A stretch of DNA of 64,000 bases from Syntrophorhabdaceae bacterium. GTDB lineage: Bacteria; Desulfobacterota; Syntrophorhabdia; Syntrophorhabdales; Syntrophorhabdaceae. The notes under the pieces were generated by a model, which was not told the origin of the DNA, ran no database searches, and saw only the letters and a list, made by a program, of their open reading frames with translations. The stretch covers positions 3,584,001 through 3,648,000 of the forward strand of contig OY762209.1 of NCBI GenBank assembly GCA_963665295.1, read 5' to 3'. Both the position numbers and the translations under genes were made by a program. Position 1 is the first letter of the stretch. Each line of letters begins with the position of its first letter. Positions 18,593 to 29,400 of this stretch are shown piece by piece.

Positions 18593-19960
18593 TTATGAAG
18601 AATTGTGAATGGAAGCCCCGGGCAGGCGCACGGTAAAAACCGAACCCTGACCGTACACGCTTGTCGCTTCCACTCTCCCTCCGTGTGCCTCTGCCAGTTC
18701 TTTTACAATGGTGAGGCCGATGCCGAGGCCTCCCCCCGGTCCACGATAAAACCTCTCAAAGATGAAGGGTAGGTCCTTTTCCTTAATACCTGTCCCGTTG
18801 TCCTCAACGGAAAGAACTGCGTCTCCGTCTGCCATCGCTGCGGTAAGGAGCACGTGACCGCCGCGGGGGGTCACTTTCAGCGCATTGCTGAGCAGGTTGA
18901 GAATTATCTGACTCAGGCGGTCCGGGTCCGCGTATACTTCGGTCGCATCGCTCAATCTCAGTTCAAGGGCAACGCCTTTTTCGTCGAAGGACCCCCGGTA
19001 CCTTTCCACTATGTGGGTGAGGAAAGTTCTTATGTCGAGGATGCGGCACGCCAGAGAAAGAACGCTAGCCTCGGCCTGATTGAGTTCCTCGATCCCATCG
19101 ACCATGGCTTTGAGCCTGCCTGTCTCATCGTAGAGGGACTGGAGCCTTTCGGGATCGTTTGCGATCAGGCCGTCGATCATACCCTCGATTTCGCCCCGCA
19201 TGACCCCCAGTGGGGTCCTCAGTTCGTGAGCAACGTCGGCGATCAGCTTTCGTCGCAACTGTTCGTGGGTTTCGAGGGCTTTCGCCATCCGGTTGAACGT
19301 TTCGGAAAGGTCCCCCACTTCATCACGTCTGGTGACTGCCACGCGCTTTGTAAAGTCTCCCCGGCTGATAGCGGCGGCAGCGGCGGCAAGTTCCTGGATG
19401 GGGCGGGTCAACCGGCGGGAGAAGAGCACGGAGATAAGGACGGCGAGGCTGCCTATGATGAGCACCGAGGCGAGAAGGAACAGATCGGATCTGCGGATAA
19501 ACAGGGTCTCCTTTGCAGGCTTCAACTCCTTGAGTTCGAGGGTCCCGATCTGGGCGCCCCCCAGAAAAAGAGGGTAAGGCACAAAATCGCCGGAAGCTCC
19601 CGCTGCCCGGTATTCGGAGAGAGACATGAGCCTTCTCTTCACGAGGGGTGTTGCCGCTTCGATTGCCCTCTTCGTATCTATGACCGGGCTGCCCTCCCGG
19701 TCCAGAAGTATCATTTCAAACCCAAGGTTCAAGGCCCATAACGCATCTTCAGCCTGGGCCTCCTTGTTCCAACCGGAGTTGCGCTCGTACGACCCTTCGA
19801 GGTGAGCCAGTATCCAGTAAGCCTTATCTTCGGTTTCACCCTCGAGGTAGGCGCTAAAGTCTTTGAGCATCAGTTCCCGGAGCATCAGCGCCCCTGAGAG
19901 GGAGAGCACCACCACTCCCAGAAGCAGGAGAAGGAACTTGAGCCGCAGACGGCTAGACAT
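18593..19960 (-). CDS. Sensor histidine kinase (BaeS-like; 2 TM, HAMP, HisKA, HATPase)
   Basis: DEVGDL..TFNRMA, ADVAHELRTPL, NLLSNALK, DNGTGI, IFERFYR, GLGIGL. Confidence 0.95.
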   Translation of the reverse strand: MSSRLRLKFLLLLLGVVVLSLSGALMLRELMLKDFSAYLEGETEDKAYWILAHLEGSYERNSGWNKEAQAEDALWALNLGFEMILLDREGSPVIDTKRAIEAATPLVKRRLMSLSEYRAAGASGDFVPYPLFLGGAQIGTLELKELKPAKETLFIRRSDLFLLASVLIIGSLAVLISVLFSRRLTRPIQELAAAAAAISRGDFTKRVAVTRRDEVGDLSETFNRMAKALETHEQLRRKLIADVAHELRTPLGVMRGEIEGMIDGLIANDPERLQSLYDETGRLKAMVDGIEELNQAEASVLSLACRILDIRTFLTHIVERYRGSFDEKGVALELRLSDATEVYADPDRLSQIILNLLSNALKVTPRGGHVLLTAAMADGDAVLSVEDNGTGIKEKDLPFIFERFYRGPGGGLGIGLTIVKELAEAHGGRVEATSVYGQGSVFTVRLPGASIHNSS

Positions 19961-20654
19961 CCCTGCTCACGGAGAAGCGGTAGCCTACACCGTAAATCGT
20001 ATGGATGAAGGAAGGGTTCTGGGGATCATCCTCTATCTTGCGGCGGATGTTCTTGATGTGGGCGTCCACGCTCCTCTCATAGCCCTCAAATTGGTACCCT
20101 AGGGCCTTCTCAACCAGTTCACTCCTTGTGAAAACCCGGTGGGGAGCGTTGGCAAGGCTGAAGAGAAGCTTGAACTCGGTAGGTGTCAACCGTACCGGCT
20201 CGTTTCCTTTTATCACCTTATAGTCCTGACCATCGATAATGAGGGATCCGTGGTTGAAACTCATGGGTTCATTTCCTGCGAGGTCTCCTTTCTCGAAGCG
20301 CTTGAGGACGGCCTTTACTCTGAAGACCAACTCCCGGGGGCTGAAAGGCTTCACCACGTAGTCGTCCGCGCCGAGGGCGAACCCCGCGACTCTTTCCTCC
20401 TCGGATGCCTTGGCGGTGACCATTATTATGGGCACGTCGGCGATCTCCTTGAGCTGAAGGCAGAGTTCCTCGCCGGTGGTATCGGGGAGCATGAGGTCGA
20501 GAATTACGAGCATAGGCTTTTCTTTGTTGGCTGCTTCCAGGGCTTCCTTGCCGCGTTCCGCGTGAACTACCCGAAAACCGGCGCCTTCCAGATAGACCTT
20601 TACGATACGGGCTATTTTCAGATCGTCTTCAACGACAAGTATGGGATAGAGCAT
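19953..20654 (-). CDS. OmpR-family response regulator
   Basis: ILVVEDD, LVILDLMLP, GADDYVVKPFSPREL, winged helix RSVDAHIKNIRRKIE..TIYGVGY. Confidence 0.95.
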   Translation of the reverse strand: MLYPILVVEDDLKIARIVKVYLEGAGFRVVHAERGKEALEAANKEKPMLVILDLMLPDTTGEELCLQLKEIADVPIIMVTAKASEEERVAGFALGADDYVVKPFSPRELVFRVKAVLKRFEKGDLAGNEPMSFNHGSLIIDGQDYKVIKGNEPVRLTPTEFKLLFSLANAPHRVFTRSELVEKALGYQFEGYERSVDAHIKNIRRKIEDDPQNPSFIHTIYGVGYRFSVSRDV

Positions 20655-20888
20655 ACTAAACTCTACACTACAAACAGGGCGAGCGCAATATTCCCGGAGG
20701 TCTTTTGACCTTTCCCGGATGCCCAATCACGGGTTTTACCTGGGTTGTCCATGGACGACGGGACTTTGCCCCACCTGACGGGGACATCTTGGACCTCGTT
20801 ATATCGACCCTCCAGGCAGTCCGAAACAGAGCCGTTGCGCCGGGTCTCATCCCGCAGCAGATGCGGCCATGGAACGGGGCCGTGCATT

Positions 20889-23273
20889 TCAGGACATGAG
20901 GGCCCTCCTTACCAGGGTTTTAGCGATTTCCACCTTGTAGGCATTCATGGCGAGAGGCAGAGCGCCCGCGAGGGCCAGTTCGCCTGCCTTCGCAGCCGTG
21001 TATTCATTCAACACCTTTCCTTTCACAAAATCTTCCGCTTCTCTGGCCCTCAAGGGTTCAGGGGCCACAGCGCCAAGGACGATACGCGCATCCCTGCAGA
21101 CTCCGTCGCTGAAGCTCACGACCGATGCAATGCTTACAATCGCGAAATCGACGGGCTTTCTCAGGGTGAATTTCCGGTATATCTGACGTGTCCCTTTTGC
21201 GGGCTTCGGAATCCGGACCTCCTTTATCAGTTCATTCTTTTCAAGAACAGTCGAGTGGGTGGCGCTTGCGCTGAAGAAGACCTGCGCCGGCAGGCTTCTT
21301 TTCGAGGTGACAATGCGGGCGTCCAGCGCCACGAGGGCCATGGCAATGTCCGACGGTCCCACTGCGAGACATCCGCAGTTGAAGCATCGTCCGGCCTCTG
21401 TCTCGATCTCTCCCATGGTGAGGCCCCGTATATCTTCCACATTGACGGTCTTTATCCGCTCATCCGCGGGCAACTCACCGACCCTCGCCCGGGGTACCTC
21501 CCGGAGAGAGGAGTCTCCGAAAGCCGTGGGCCCCTTCTCCTTTCCTTCCGCCGTCCGACCGGTTCCTATGGCCGATTCGATGCCCCGGACGGCTTCCCGC
21601 GCCGAGGCTACCGCCTGGACTACGGTGGTCGCTCCGGCCACAACATCGCCTCCTGCGAAAACGGAGCTCATGTCCGTCGTCGAATTCTTCGAATCCACGG
21701 AGACTGTGCCTCGCGGGGTGAAAGAAAGCCCGGAAGTGGAGAGAGATTGATCGACGCCCTGGCCTATGGCGACGATGATACTGTCCGCCTGAATGTCCAG
21801 GGCTGTGCATACCGCATCAAACTGAGGGTTGAACGTGCCGTCCCCATCCCGGACCGAGACGCATGTCATGGTTTCGAGACCCGAGGCTCTGCCGTCTTTT
21901 ACGATTATCTCCTTTATGCCGAGAGAAGGGTGGATAATTATTCCTTCCTCTTCCGCCTCGATGATTTCGGCATCGAGGGCAACCATCCTGTCCCGGGAGG
22001 TGAGGTCGCGGCATTCCAGGCAGACGAGGTGTACTTCTCCTGCGCCCGACCTCCTTGCTGTCCTCGCGGCGTCTATGGCCACGCTCCCTCCGCCGATGAT
22101 AATCACTTTCTTGCCGAGGGGAATCTTCTCTCCTGAGTTTATCCTCCTCAGATAGTCCAGGGCGTAATGGATGCCATGGGCGTCCTCGCCCGGCACACCG
22201 AGCTTGAGGCTCCTCCAGGTTCCGCCCGCGACCATTACGGCGTCGAACTCGTTCGCAATCTTTTTCAACGAAATGTCCTTTCCCACATCGACACTCACCC
22301 TGAAGGCGATGCCCATTCGTTCCAGGGCTTTTATCTGCTTCTTCACCACGTCCTTGGGAAGACGGAATGGTGGAATGCTGTAGCGGAGCATGCCGCCGGC
22401 CTCGGGCAGTCTTTCGTACACCGCGACCTTGTGTCCCGCTCTTCTGAGGTAAAAAGCGGCGGCTAGCCCTGCGGGTCCGGAGCCTATTATCGCGACCTTT
22501 TTGCCCGACTCCTTTTCCGGCGGGGCGTAGAACTCTTCAGCCCGTTCAAGAATGTAGTCGCCTATTCCGCGTTCGATGCAGTTGATTGCCACGGACTCGT
22601 CGAATTCGTTGCGGTTGCACTCGGGTTCACAGAAGACGGGACAGACGCGGCCTGTCATGGCCGGGATGGGATTGTAGTCCATCAGTATCCGGGCTGCTTC
22701 CGCGAAATCGCCCTTCCGGACCCTGCTGAGGTACCCGGGTATGTCGGTGCCCACCGGGCAGTGACGTGCGCAAGGATATTCGGCAGGCCGGGCAGCACCG
22801 AAGAGTGAATGGTACCGGTTGTCGCCCGCAAGGGCACTGCATATCTTGCCGCCTTTACGGAGACAGGTGATAGGACCGCCTATCTGCTGCGGATACCGGT
22901 AATACCAGCACCTTACATCCTGGGCCAGGTTGCCGCCGATGGTAGCCATGTTCCTGATATGGGGACTGGCCACGGAATAGGCCGCCTCGGCAAGGAGGGC
23001 ATAATCTTCCTTGACCTCCGGTGAGGCGGCGATGTCCGCCAGTCGGGTGAGGGCGCCTATCTTAAGTACTTTCCGGTCTTTCCTGATGTACTCCAGACCC
23101 TCGATGGTCTTTATATTGATCACCGCCTCGGGGTACTCGGCGAGGCATTTGTCTCTCATGGCGCCCAGGAGGTCGGTGCCTCCCGCATTGACCCGTGCCT
23201 TCCCTTCGTATTCCGTAAGGAGCGACGTCGCTTCTTTGATCGACCGGGCATTATGGTGTCTGAAGGGTTTCAT
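20889..23273 (-). CDS. Xanthine-dehydrogenase-family FAD subunit (PaoB/HcrB type) with an inserted GltD-like Fe-S/FAD/NAD(P) module
   Basis: N-terminal AGGTDL, IRNMATIGGNL.Q..RC.YYR; middle CARHCP..GRVCP..CE..C, IIGSGPAGL, IGGGSVAID, FAGGD, RCFNC; C-terminal PSD...ALVAL, RKPVDFA, LGAVAP.P. Confidence 0.88.
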   Translation of the reverse strand: MKPFRHHNARSIKEATSLLTEYEGKARVNAGGTDLLGAMRDKCLAEYPEAVINIKTIEGLEYIRKDRKVLKIGALTRLADIAASPEVKEDYALLAEAAYSVASPHIRNMATIGGNLAQDVRCWYYRYPQQIGGPITCLRKGGKICSALAGDNRYHSLFGAARPAEYPCARHCPVGTDIPGYLSRVRKGDFAEAARILMDYNPIPAMTGRVCPVFCEPECNRNEFDESVAINCIERGIGDYILERAEEFYAPPEKESGKKVAIIGSGPAGLAAAFYLRRAGHKVAVYERLPEAGGMLRYSIPPFRLPKDVVKKQIKALERMGIAFRVSVDVGKDISLKKIANEFDAVMVAGGTWRSLKLGVPGEDAHGIHYALDYLRRINSGEKIPLGKKVIIIGGGSVAIDAARTARRSGAGEVHLVCLECRDLTSRDRMVALDAEIIEAEEEGIIIHPSLGIKEIIVKDGRASGLETMTCVSVRDGDGTFNPQFDAVCTALDIQADSIIVAIGQGVDQSLSTSGLSFTPRGTVSVDSKNSTTDMSSVFAGGDVVAGATTVVQAVASAREAVRGIESAIGTGRTAEGKEKGPTAFGDSSLREVPRARVGELPADERIKTVNVEDIRGLTMGEIETEAGRCFNCGCLAVGPSDIAMALVALDARIVTSKRSLPAQVFFSASATHSTVLEKNELIKEVRIPKPAKGTRQIYRKFTLRKPVDFAIVSIASVVSFSDGVCRDARIVLGAVAPEPLRAREAEDFVKGKVLNEYTAAKAGELALAGALPLAMNAYKVEIAKTLVRRALMS

Positions 23274-25573
23274 TCTGCACCTCTCTCTTGTGAATCAGTT
23301 ACATTGTTCGAACCCGTCTTTCCAAGGGCCTTCAAGACCCTGTCCGGAGTGGCCGGGTACTCGTAAAGCCACGTGCCGATTGCGTTGGACACCGCCATGA
23401 GCACCGCGGAGGGTCCCGGTGACGTAGATATCTCCCCCACACCCACGGCATGAAAACGGTGGCTGGGGAAGGGTGTTTCAAGGACGACATGGTCGATTAC
23501 AGGCAACTCCAGAAAAGTCCTCCACTTGTAGTCGATCATATTGGCGTTCATGATGTGGCCTGTGCGGCGATCGAGGACCGACTCCTCGAAGATGGCGCTG
23601 TCGATACCCGCTGAGCCGAAACAGCCGTTGAGTTGGCCTTCGAGGCCCTGGGGGTCCATAATCTGCCCCACATCCGTGGCGTTCACTACACGGATGAGGT
23701 CTACCTTTCCCGTTTCCGTATCCACTTCTATTTCCACAAAGCTCATCATGCAGTTGCACATGGTGAAGTCAGGCTCGAACCGTCCGTATCCGAGTATGGT
23801 GCGGTCATTTCCCATGACAGACCATCTTATCCTCTTTTCCGGATGATCCTTCACAAAGACGAAGCCGTCCGCTGTGTCCAGGTCTTCGGGGGCCGCACCG
23901 AGCTTGGGCGCGGCGAGTTCGAAAATCTTCCGCCTCGCGTCCTCCGCGGCGTTGATGACCGCGCTGCCTATAGCATAGGTCCCTCTGGAACCGACCGGTC
24001 CGAACTCGAAGGGGGTGATCAGCGAATCGGCAGGCGTCATGGATATGCGCTCCGGTGGGATCTGGAGCACCTCGGCGACCATCTTCGCATAGTTGCTCTT
24101 CTGTCCTGTTCCGTGTTCCGTCACGCAGAGGAAGATTGTGGCAGTGCCGCTATATCCCAGTTGTACATAGGCCTCGGCTGCATCTTCGCCGATGTCGGCG
24201 TTTCCATGAACGCCGACGCCTATGCCCCGCCTTCTTGCGCCGTTGACGGCGGTGGGTTTCAGCCAGCCTTTCCATTTTTCCTTCCATCCGAACCGCTCCG
24301 CACCTTTGTTCATGGCTTTGGAGAAATCGACGCCCCGGAAGTTGTACCAGCCGCCGTCCCGCCAGAAATATCCGCCGCCGGGCTTGACGAAATTCTTCCT
24401 CAGCACCTCAAAGGGGTCGAGACCGGCCTTTTCCATGGCAAGACTCAAAAGGGGTATGAAGGAACATTTCAATTCCTGTCCTCCGAAGCCTCTTGTGCTC
24501 CCCGAGGCATTCCGGTTGGTGGCCACCACGATGTTCTTGAGGTCCCAGTTGGGACACTGGGCCATGATCATAAGTTCTCCCGATCCTATTGCCACCTGGG
24601 CCTGGGTGGTAAAGGAGTAATACCCCGTGTCGACATACCATGTGCCTTGTATGGCCGTTATGGTGCCGTCCTTCTTCATGCCCACCCTCGCGTGAATGCG
24701 GGAGCCGACTCTCAGGGTGAAGGCGGCCATGTGTTCCTCCTTTGTAAAGAAGACCTTCACCGGGAGCCTGGTGGCCTTGCTCAGGACTATTGCATAAGAC
24801 TGGACCTGCCAGCACATGATTTTCGTGCCGAAGCCTCCTCCGCACTGGGGCCCGATAGTCCTTATATCGAACTTGCGGTTGAAGACGTGGAAGAGGGTGA
24901 CCTTATCCAGGTATGGGGCCTGAGTTGTTCCCCAGACAGTGACTTTGTCGGGCTCCTCCCACTGGGCCACTGCGCCCACGGATTCAGGGGGCAGGGCGTT
25001 CGGTATGTTTTCGTATCCGAAAGTGCCTTCCGTAATGACGTCCGCTTCCGAGAACCCCTTTTCTACATCCCCCATTACCACTCCCTTGAGGCAGTTGGGG
25101 CCGTAAATGATCGTGCCGCCGGGCAGTATGTTGCCGGGGAACTCATCGTATACCAGAGGAGCGTCGGGTTTGAGGGCGGAGTCTATGTCGAAGACCGCGG
25201 GCAGGACCTCATACTCCACGTCGATAAGCTCCAATGCCTGTTCTGCAATGGCCTCGGTGACAGCGGCAACAAGGGCTACCGCATCACCCACATACCGCAC
25301 TTTATTATCAAGTATACGCACGTTTCTGGGCGTGCCGCCTCTGTAATCAGGGATATCTTCCCATGTGAGAACCGTCTTGACACCTTTCAGGGCGAGGGCT
25401 CTGGTTTTGTCGATCTTTGTGATCCGCGCGTGGGCGTATGGGCTTCGGAGCACCTTTCCGTGGAGGAGGTTCCGGAATTTCAGGTCATCCGTGTATTGTG
25501 TCGCTCCGGTTACGATGTCGTGGCCGTCCCTGCGATTTACATGCTTGCCTATATATCTGTAGTTGTTCTCCAT
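23270..25573 (-). CDS. Xanthine-dehydrogenase-family molybdopterin-binding subunit
   Basis: LRSPYAHARI, GGGFGTK, RGFGGQE, EHGTG, GSRGT, DVG..MDP..LEGQ, GVGE. Confidence 0.95.
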   Translation of the reverse strand: MENNYRYIGKHVNRRDGHDIVTGATQYTDDLKFRNLLHGKVLRSPYAHARITKIDKTRALALKGVKTVLTWEDIPDYRGGTPRNVRILDNKVRYVGDAVALVAAVTEAIAEQALELIDVEYEVLPAVFDIDSALKPDAPLVYDEFPGNILPGGTIIYGPNCLKGVVMGDVEKGFSEADVITEGTFGYENIPNALPPESVGAVAQWEEPDKVTVWGTTQAPYLDKVTLFHVFNRKFDIRTIGPQCGGGFGTKIMCWQVQSYAIVLSKATRLPVKVFFTKEEHMAAFTLRVGSRIHARVGMKKDGTITAIQGTWYVDTGYYSFTTQAQVAIGSGELMIMAQCPNWDLKNIVVATNRNASGSTRGFGGQELKCSFIPLLSLAMEKAGLDPFEVLRKNFVKPGGGYFWRDGGWYNFRGVDFSKAMNKGAERFGWKEKWKGWLKPTAVNGARRRGIGVGVHGNADIGEDAAEAYVQLGYSGTATIFLCVTEHGTGQKSNYAKMVAEVLQIPPERISMTPADSLITPFEFGPVGSRGTYAIGSAVINAAEDARRKIFELAAPKLGAAPEDLDTADGFVFVKDHPEKRIRWSVMGNDRTILGYGRFEPDFTMCNCMMSFVEIEVDTETGKVDLIRVVNATDVGQIMDPQGLEGQLNGCFGSAGIDSAIFEESVLDRRTGHIMNANMIDYKWRTFLELPVIDHVVLETPFPSHRFHAVGVGEISTSPGPSAVLMAVSNAIGTWLYEYPATPDRVLKALGKTGSNNVTDSQERGAE

Positions 25574-25576
25574 TCT

Positions 25577-26125
25577 TTACCTCCCTCCTGGGCCGACGTT
25601 GCCCGCCACCGACATGACCGCCCTGATTACGTGGTAATGGCTGACACAGCGGCAGAAATTGCCCGAAAGGGCCTCCTTTACCTCTTCCTCGTCAGGGTGA
25701 GGGTTCGTGTTGAGGAGTGCCCTGGCGGTCATAATGATGCCCGGGGTGCAAAACCCGCACTGGAAAGCGGTATGGTCGATAAACGCCTGCTGAAGAGGGT
25801 CGAGTTCACCCGACTCCCTGTCTTGCAGCCCCTCTATAGTGGTGACCGCCTTTCCGTCGCATTCAACCGTGAGTATTTTGCATGAAAGGACCGCCTTTCC
25901 GTCCATGATTACCGTACATGCGCCGCAGGCGCCGTTGTCACAGGAAATTTTAGTTCCCGTGAGGCCGAGGGTCTCCCTGAGGGTGAAGGAGAGCGTGTGA
26001 AAGGGCTCGACTTCACCCGCCCTGTTGCCGACGTCAAGTACGTAATTCTGTCCGTTCACCGTAAGGCTGACAGGCGGGGCATCAACCGGCTCTCTGCCTG
26101 GTCCGTGTTTCCTTTTTGTTGTCAT
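25577..26125 (-). CDS. Xanthine-dehydrogenase-family [2Fe-2S] subunit
   Basis: GTKISCDNGACGACTV..SC, TTIEGL, QCGFCTPG, GNFCRC. Confidence 0.95.
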   Translation of the reverse strand: MTTKRKHGPGREPVDAPPVSLTVNGQNYVLDVGNRAGEVEPFHTLSFTLRETLGLTGTKISCDNGACGACTVIMDGKAVLSCKILTVECDGKAVTTIEGLQDRESGELDPLQQAFIDHTAFQCGFCTPGIIMTARALLNTNPHPDEEEVKEALSGNFCRCVSHYHVIRAVMSVAGNVGPGGR

Positions 26126-26213
26126 ATCTGTTCCTCCATATTCGGATCGATTCCGGTTTCAAGTATCCCAGGGGGAATGACTCTCGTCAGACCTGCCTCT
26201 TTACCATCTGTGG

Positions 26214-26229
26214 TACAAGAAGCATGCCG
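26214..26229 (-). promoter_or_regulatory. Possible sigma54 promoter of the molybdoenzyme operon
   Basis: CGGCATGCTTCTTGTA: GG-N10-GT (one mismatch at -12), next to a divergent sigma54 activator gene. Confidence 0.45.
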
Positions 26230-26413
26230 TTCGCATAACAATTGGATATTACGCGTGATAATTTTCTGCGCGGAATGGTGACGCGAAATCACCTCCAATA
26301 TATTGGTGATTGTAACAACATATTGACGTTCACACGGCAGTTTGTTAGAGTGTTCGAAGGGGCTATCGGCACTCGGCCGGCGGTCGGCTCAGGATCCGTT
26401 AAAGGGAGGGTTT

Positions 26414-29400
26414 ATGGCAAAAATGACAAAGTCCGGCACTGATCCCGAAAAGCTGTGGCTGCGCTTTGACCGGCTTCATAGGGACATCGTCCTCTACCTT
26501 GTCTACACAGAACCCCCAGTTTCCATCGATATGCTCACCTCCCTCGTCGGCGGCCCCGCCCTCCGGGTTCTGAACGCAATGGAAGCATTGAGGAAGCGAA
26601 GGCTTGTGACTGAAAGGCGCGGGTACGGAAAAGGATTGTACTTTCTCACTGATTCCGGTCTTCCGGAGTTTGCACGGGAACACCTGCCCGGCGAGGAGAC
26701 GGGTGAAGCCCTGAGAAAGCTTGTCGGTTATTACAAGGGGCAGGAGACGAAAACAGAGGAAGCCCTTCTGGCCTTGTCAAGACTCTATCTTGAACTGGGA
26801 GATATCGGGGCAGGTCTTGAGTACATAAAACAGGCAGCCGATATCCTTTACAGGTCAGGGCAAAGAGAAAAGGCTGTGGTCAATTACGATAATATCCTGC
26901 AGTATTACGGAAAGAACCAGCCCCGGGAGGCGGATGCGGACTGTTTTCTTGACAGCGTTTTCGCTAAGGTCACCATATCGAAGTACCTGATGCCCCTCCA
27001 TGAGCAGGTAGCTCTTCTCAGCAAGGCGGAGAAGGTTGCGGAGCGTCACGAAAGATGGGAGGCCCTGGCGCGGACAAAACTCACCCTGGGGCGGCTCCTG
27101 CAGGCGTCGGGCCGTCACAGGCAGGCAGAAAGATGCATGAACGACTACCGGAACCTCACGAGGGATGTGGGGGATCCCGCGATGCTCAAGATAGCCACCC
27201 TTTTGACAAGTGAATTCCTTTACTGGCAGGGCAGGTTTTCCGAGGCGGCCCGTCGGTACGAGGAGGTTGCGGGGGATCTGGAAGAATTCGGGGACGACAG
27301 GGCAACATTAAAGGCTGGAGCGAGGGTGGGTTTCAGTTATGTTATCTGCGGAAGGATTGCCCGGGGTATGGGTATGATCGACGCGGTAAGGGCAAAAGGC
27401 AATTCGCTGGACCTCCCGTCTGTTGTTGCCGTGGCGGACTTCATGAGCGCCCTTGCCTTGATGGAAATGCGGAAGCTGCCCGAAGCCGAGCTCCAACTCG
27501 ACAGGCTGTCTTCTTTTCCGGACGAGGTGCTCGGTCACTACACGCTCTCGGGCATGAACAGGTGCCGGGCATATATCAGTTGCGCCCGTGAGGATTATTC
27601 AGGGGCTTACGAATACCACAAGCGGGCCATCGAGCATTCCCTATCCCTCGGTTGGAGCCATCATAACGGTCCCTGGAACCTCGAATGTCTCGACATACTC
27701 GAATCAAAAGGCTTTTTCAATAAGGAATGGAACTTCGACGGAGAGGTAAGGAGAATACTCGGCTGGGATGATATTTATATGAAGGGGGTGGCCTACAGGT
27801 ACAGGGCGCTCAGAAATATGAAGTCAGGTCGGCCTCTCGGGAAGATATTGACGGACCTGAAAGGGAGCGAGAAATATCTGAAAGAGGCGGGGGCGGAGAT
27901 AGAGCTTGCCCGAACGTGGGTAGACCTTGGAAACGCCTTTGCGAAAAAGGGAGAGCCCACAGTGGCACGGGCTTACCTGGAAAAGGCGTGGGCCCTCTTT
28001 TCAACGGTGGACAGAAATCTTATCCCCAAGGACCTCCTGGTCATCATGCCCCAGGAAGCGAAGATTGAACTGATGATAGAAAGGATCATGAAGATCAACG
28101 AATCCCTGGGGACGATACAAGACATGTCTTCCTTCCTTGAACGGGTCATCAACGCGGCCATGGATTTCACGATGGCCACGCGAGGGGCTTTCTTCGCCGT
28201 GGGGGCCGGAGGCGAGCCGAAGATCATGGCAAGCAGAAACCTTGACGTTCCGGACGCGAGGCAATCGTCGATCATACATAGCGTAGTGGCCCATGGAGAC
28301 CGCGAGGGCATCGAAGTTGTCGCCCCCGGCATCAAGAAGATAGGCGGTCTTACGGACCAGATCCTTCTGGAGGCGGGCATCTATTCGTTCATCTGCATGC
28401 CCGCCAAACTGGTCGGACAGACACAAGGCTACCTCTACCTCGACAATCGTCTTGGAGGCGAGCCTTTCTCCGGTAACCTCCTTACTTATGTAAGGCTGCT
28501 TTGCAGCCAGATCGCCGTGGGACTTTCCAATATCAAGGTATATGATGAGATGAGGAAGGAGAAGGACCGTCTCGAAGACGAAGCGATCTTTTACAAGCAG
28601 ACCATGGGTATCGCCAACCCGCCGGAAAGGATCATGGGAACGTCCGGGGCCATAAAGACAATTATTGAACAGATACGGCAGGTGGCCCCGACGGACAGCA
28701 CGGTCCTGATCGTGGGCGAAACAGGGGTCGGAAAAGAGCTTGTAGCCAAAGCCATCCATCACCTGAGTGAGCGCCGGGAAGGGCCTTTCATCCCCGTCAA
28801 TCTCGCCGTCCTTCCCCACGATCTCGTGGCGAGTGAGCTTTTCGGCCACGAAAAAGGATCCTTTACCGGGGCAAGTGAAAGGCACAAGGGGAGGTTTGAG
28901 CTTGCGGACGGCGGAACGATCTTTCTCGACGAGATCGGGGACCTGCCGCCCGATGTTCAGGTGAAGCTGCTCCGGGTCCTCCAGGAGAGTAAATTCGAGC
29001 GGCTCGGAAGTGAGAGACAGATCAGGTCGGACTTCAGGGTCGTCGCCGCTACCCACAGAAACCTTCACGCAGAGATCGAAAAGGGCGCATTCCGGCAGGA
29101 CCTCTATTACCGTCTGAACGTCTTCCCCCTCTACATTCCTCCGCTAAGAGACAGAAAGGAGGACATCCCTCTCCTGGCGCACCATTTTCTCGACAAGTTC
29201 GGGAAGAAGATGGGCAAAAGGATAGGGCGCATCCCGGAGGAGGAGCTTGCAAAACTCATAGATTACCATTGGCCCGGGAATGTGCGGGAGCTGGAACATT
29301 TCGTCGAGAGAGCGGTCATAATCTCCGATGGGCACAGAATAAGCTTTTCCGGTCATGAATTCCAATCGCCGTCCATTGGTTTCGGCAAGAACCCCGGTGC

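Noticed and set aside
20745..25885. Long plus-strand ORFs (20745-22136, 23633-25885)
   Set aside because: Antisense shadows of the molybdoenzyme genes; no recognisable motifs
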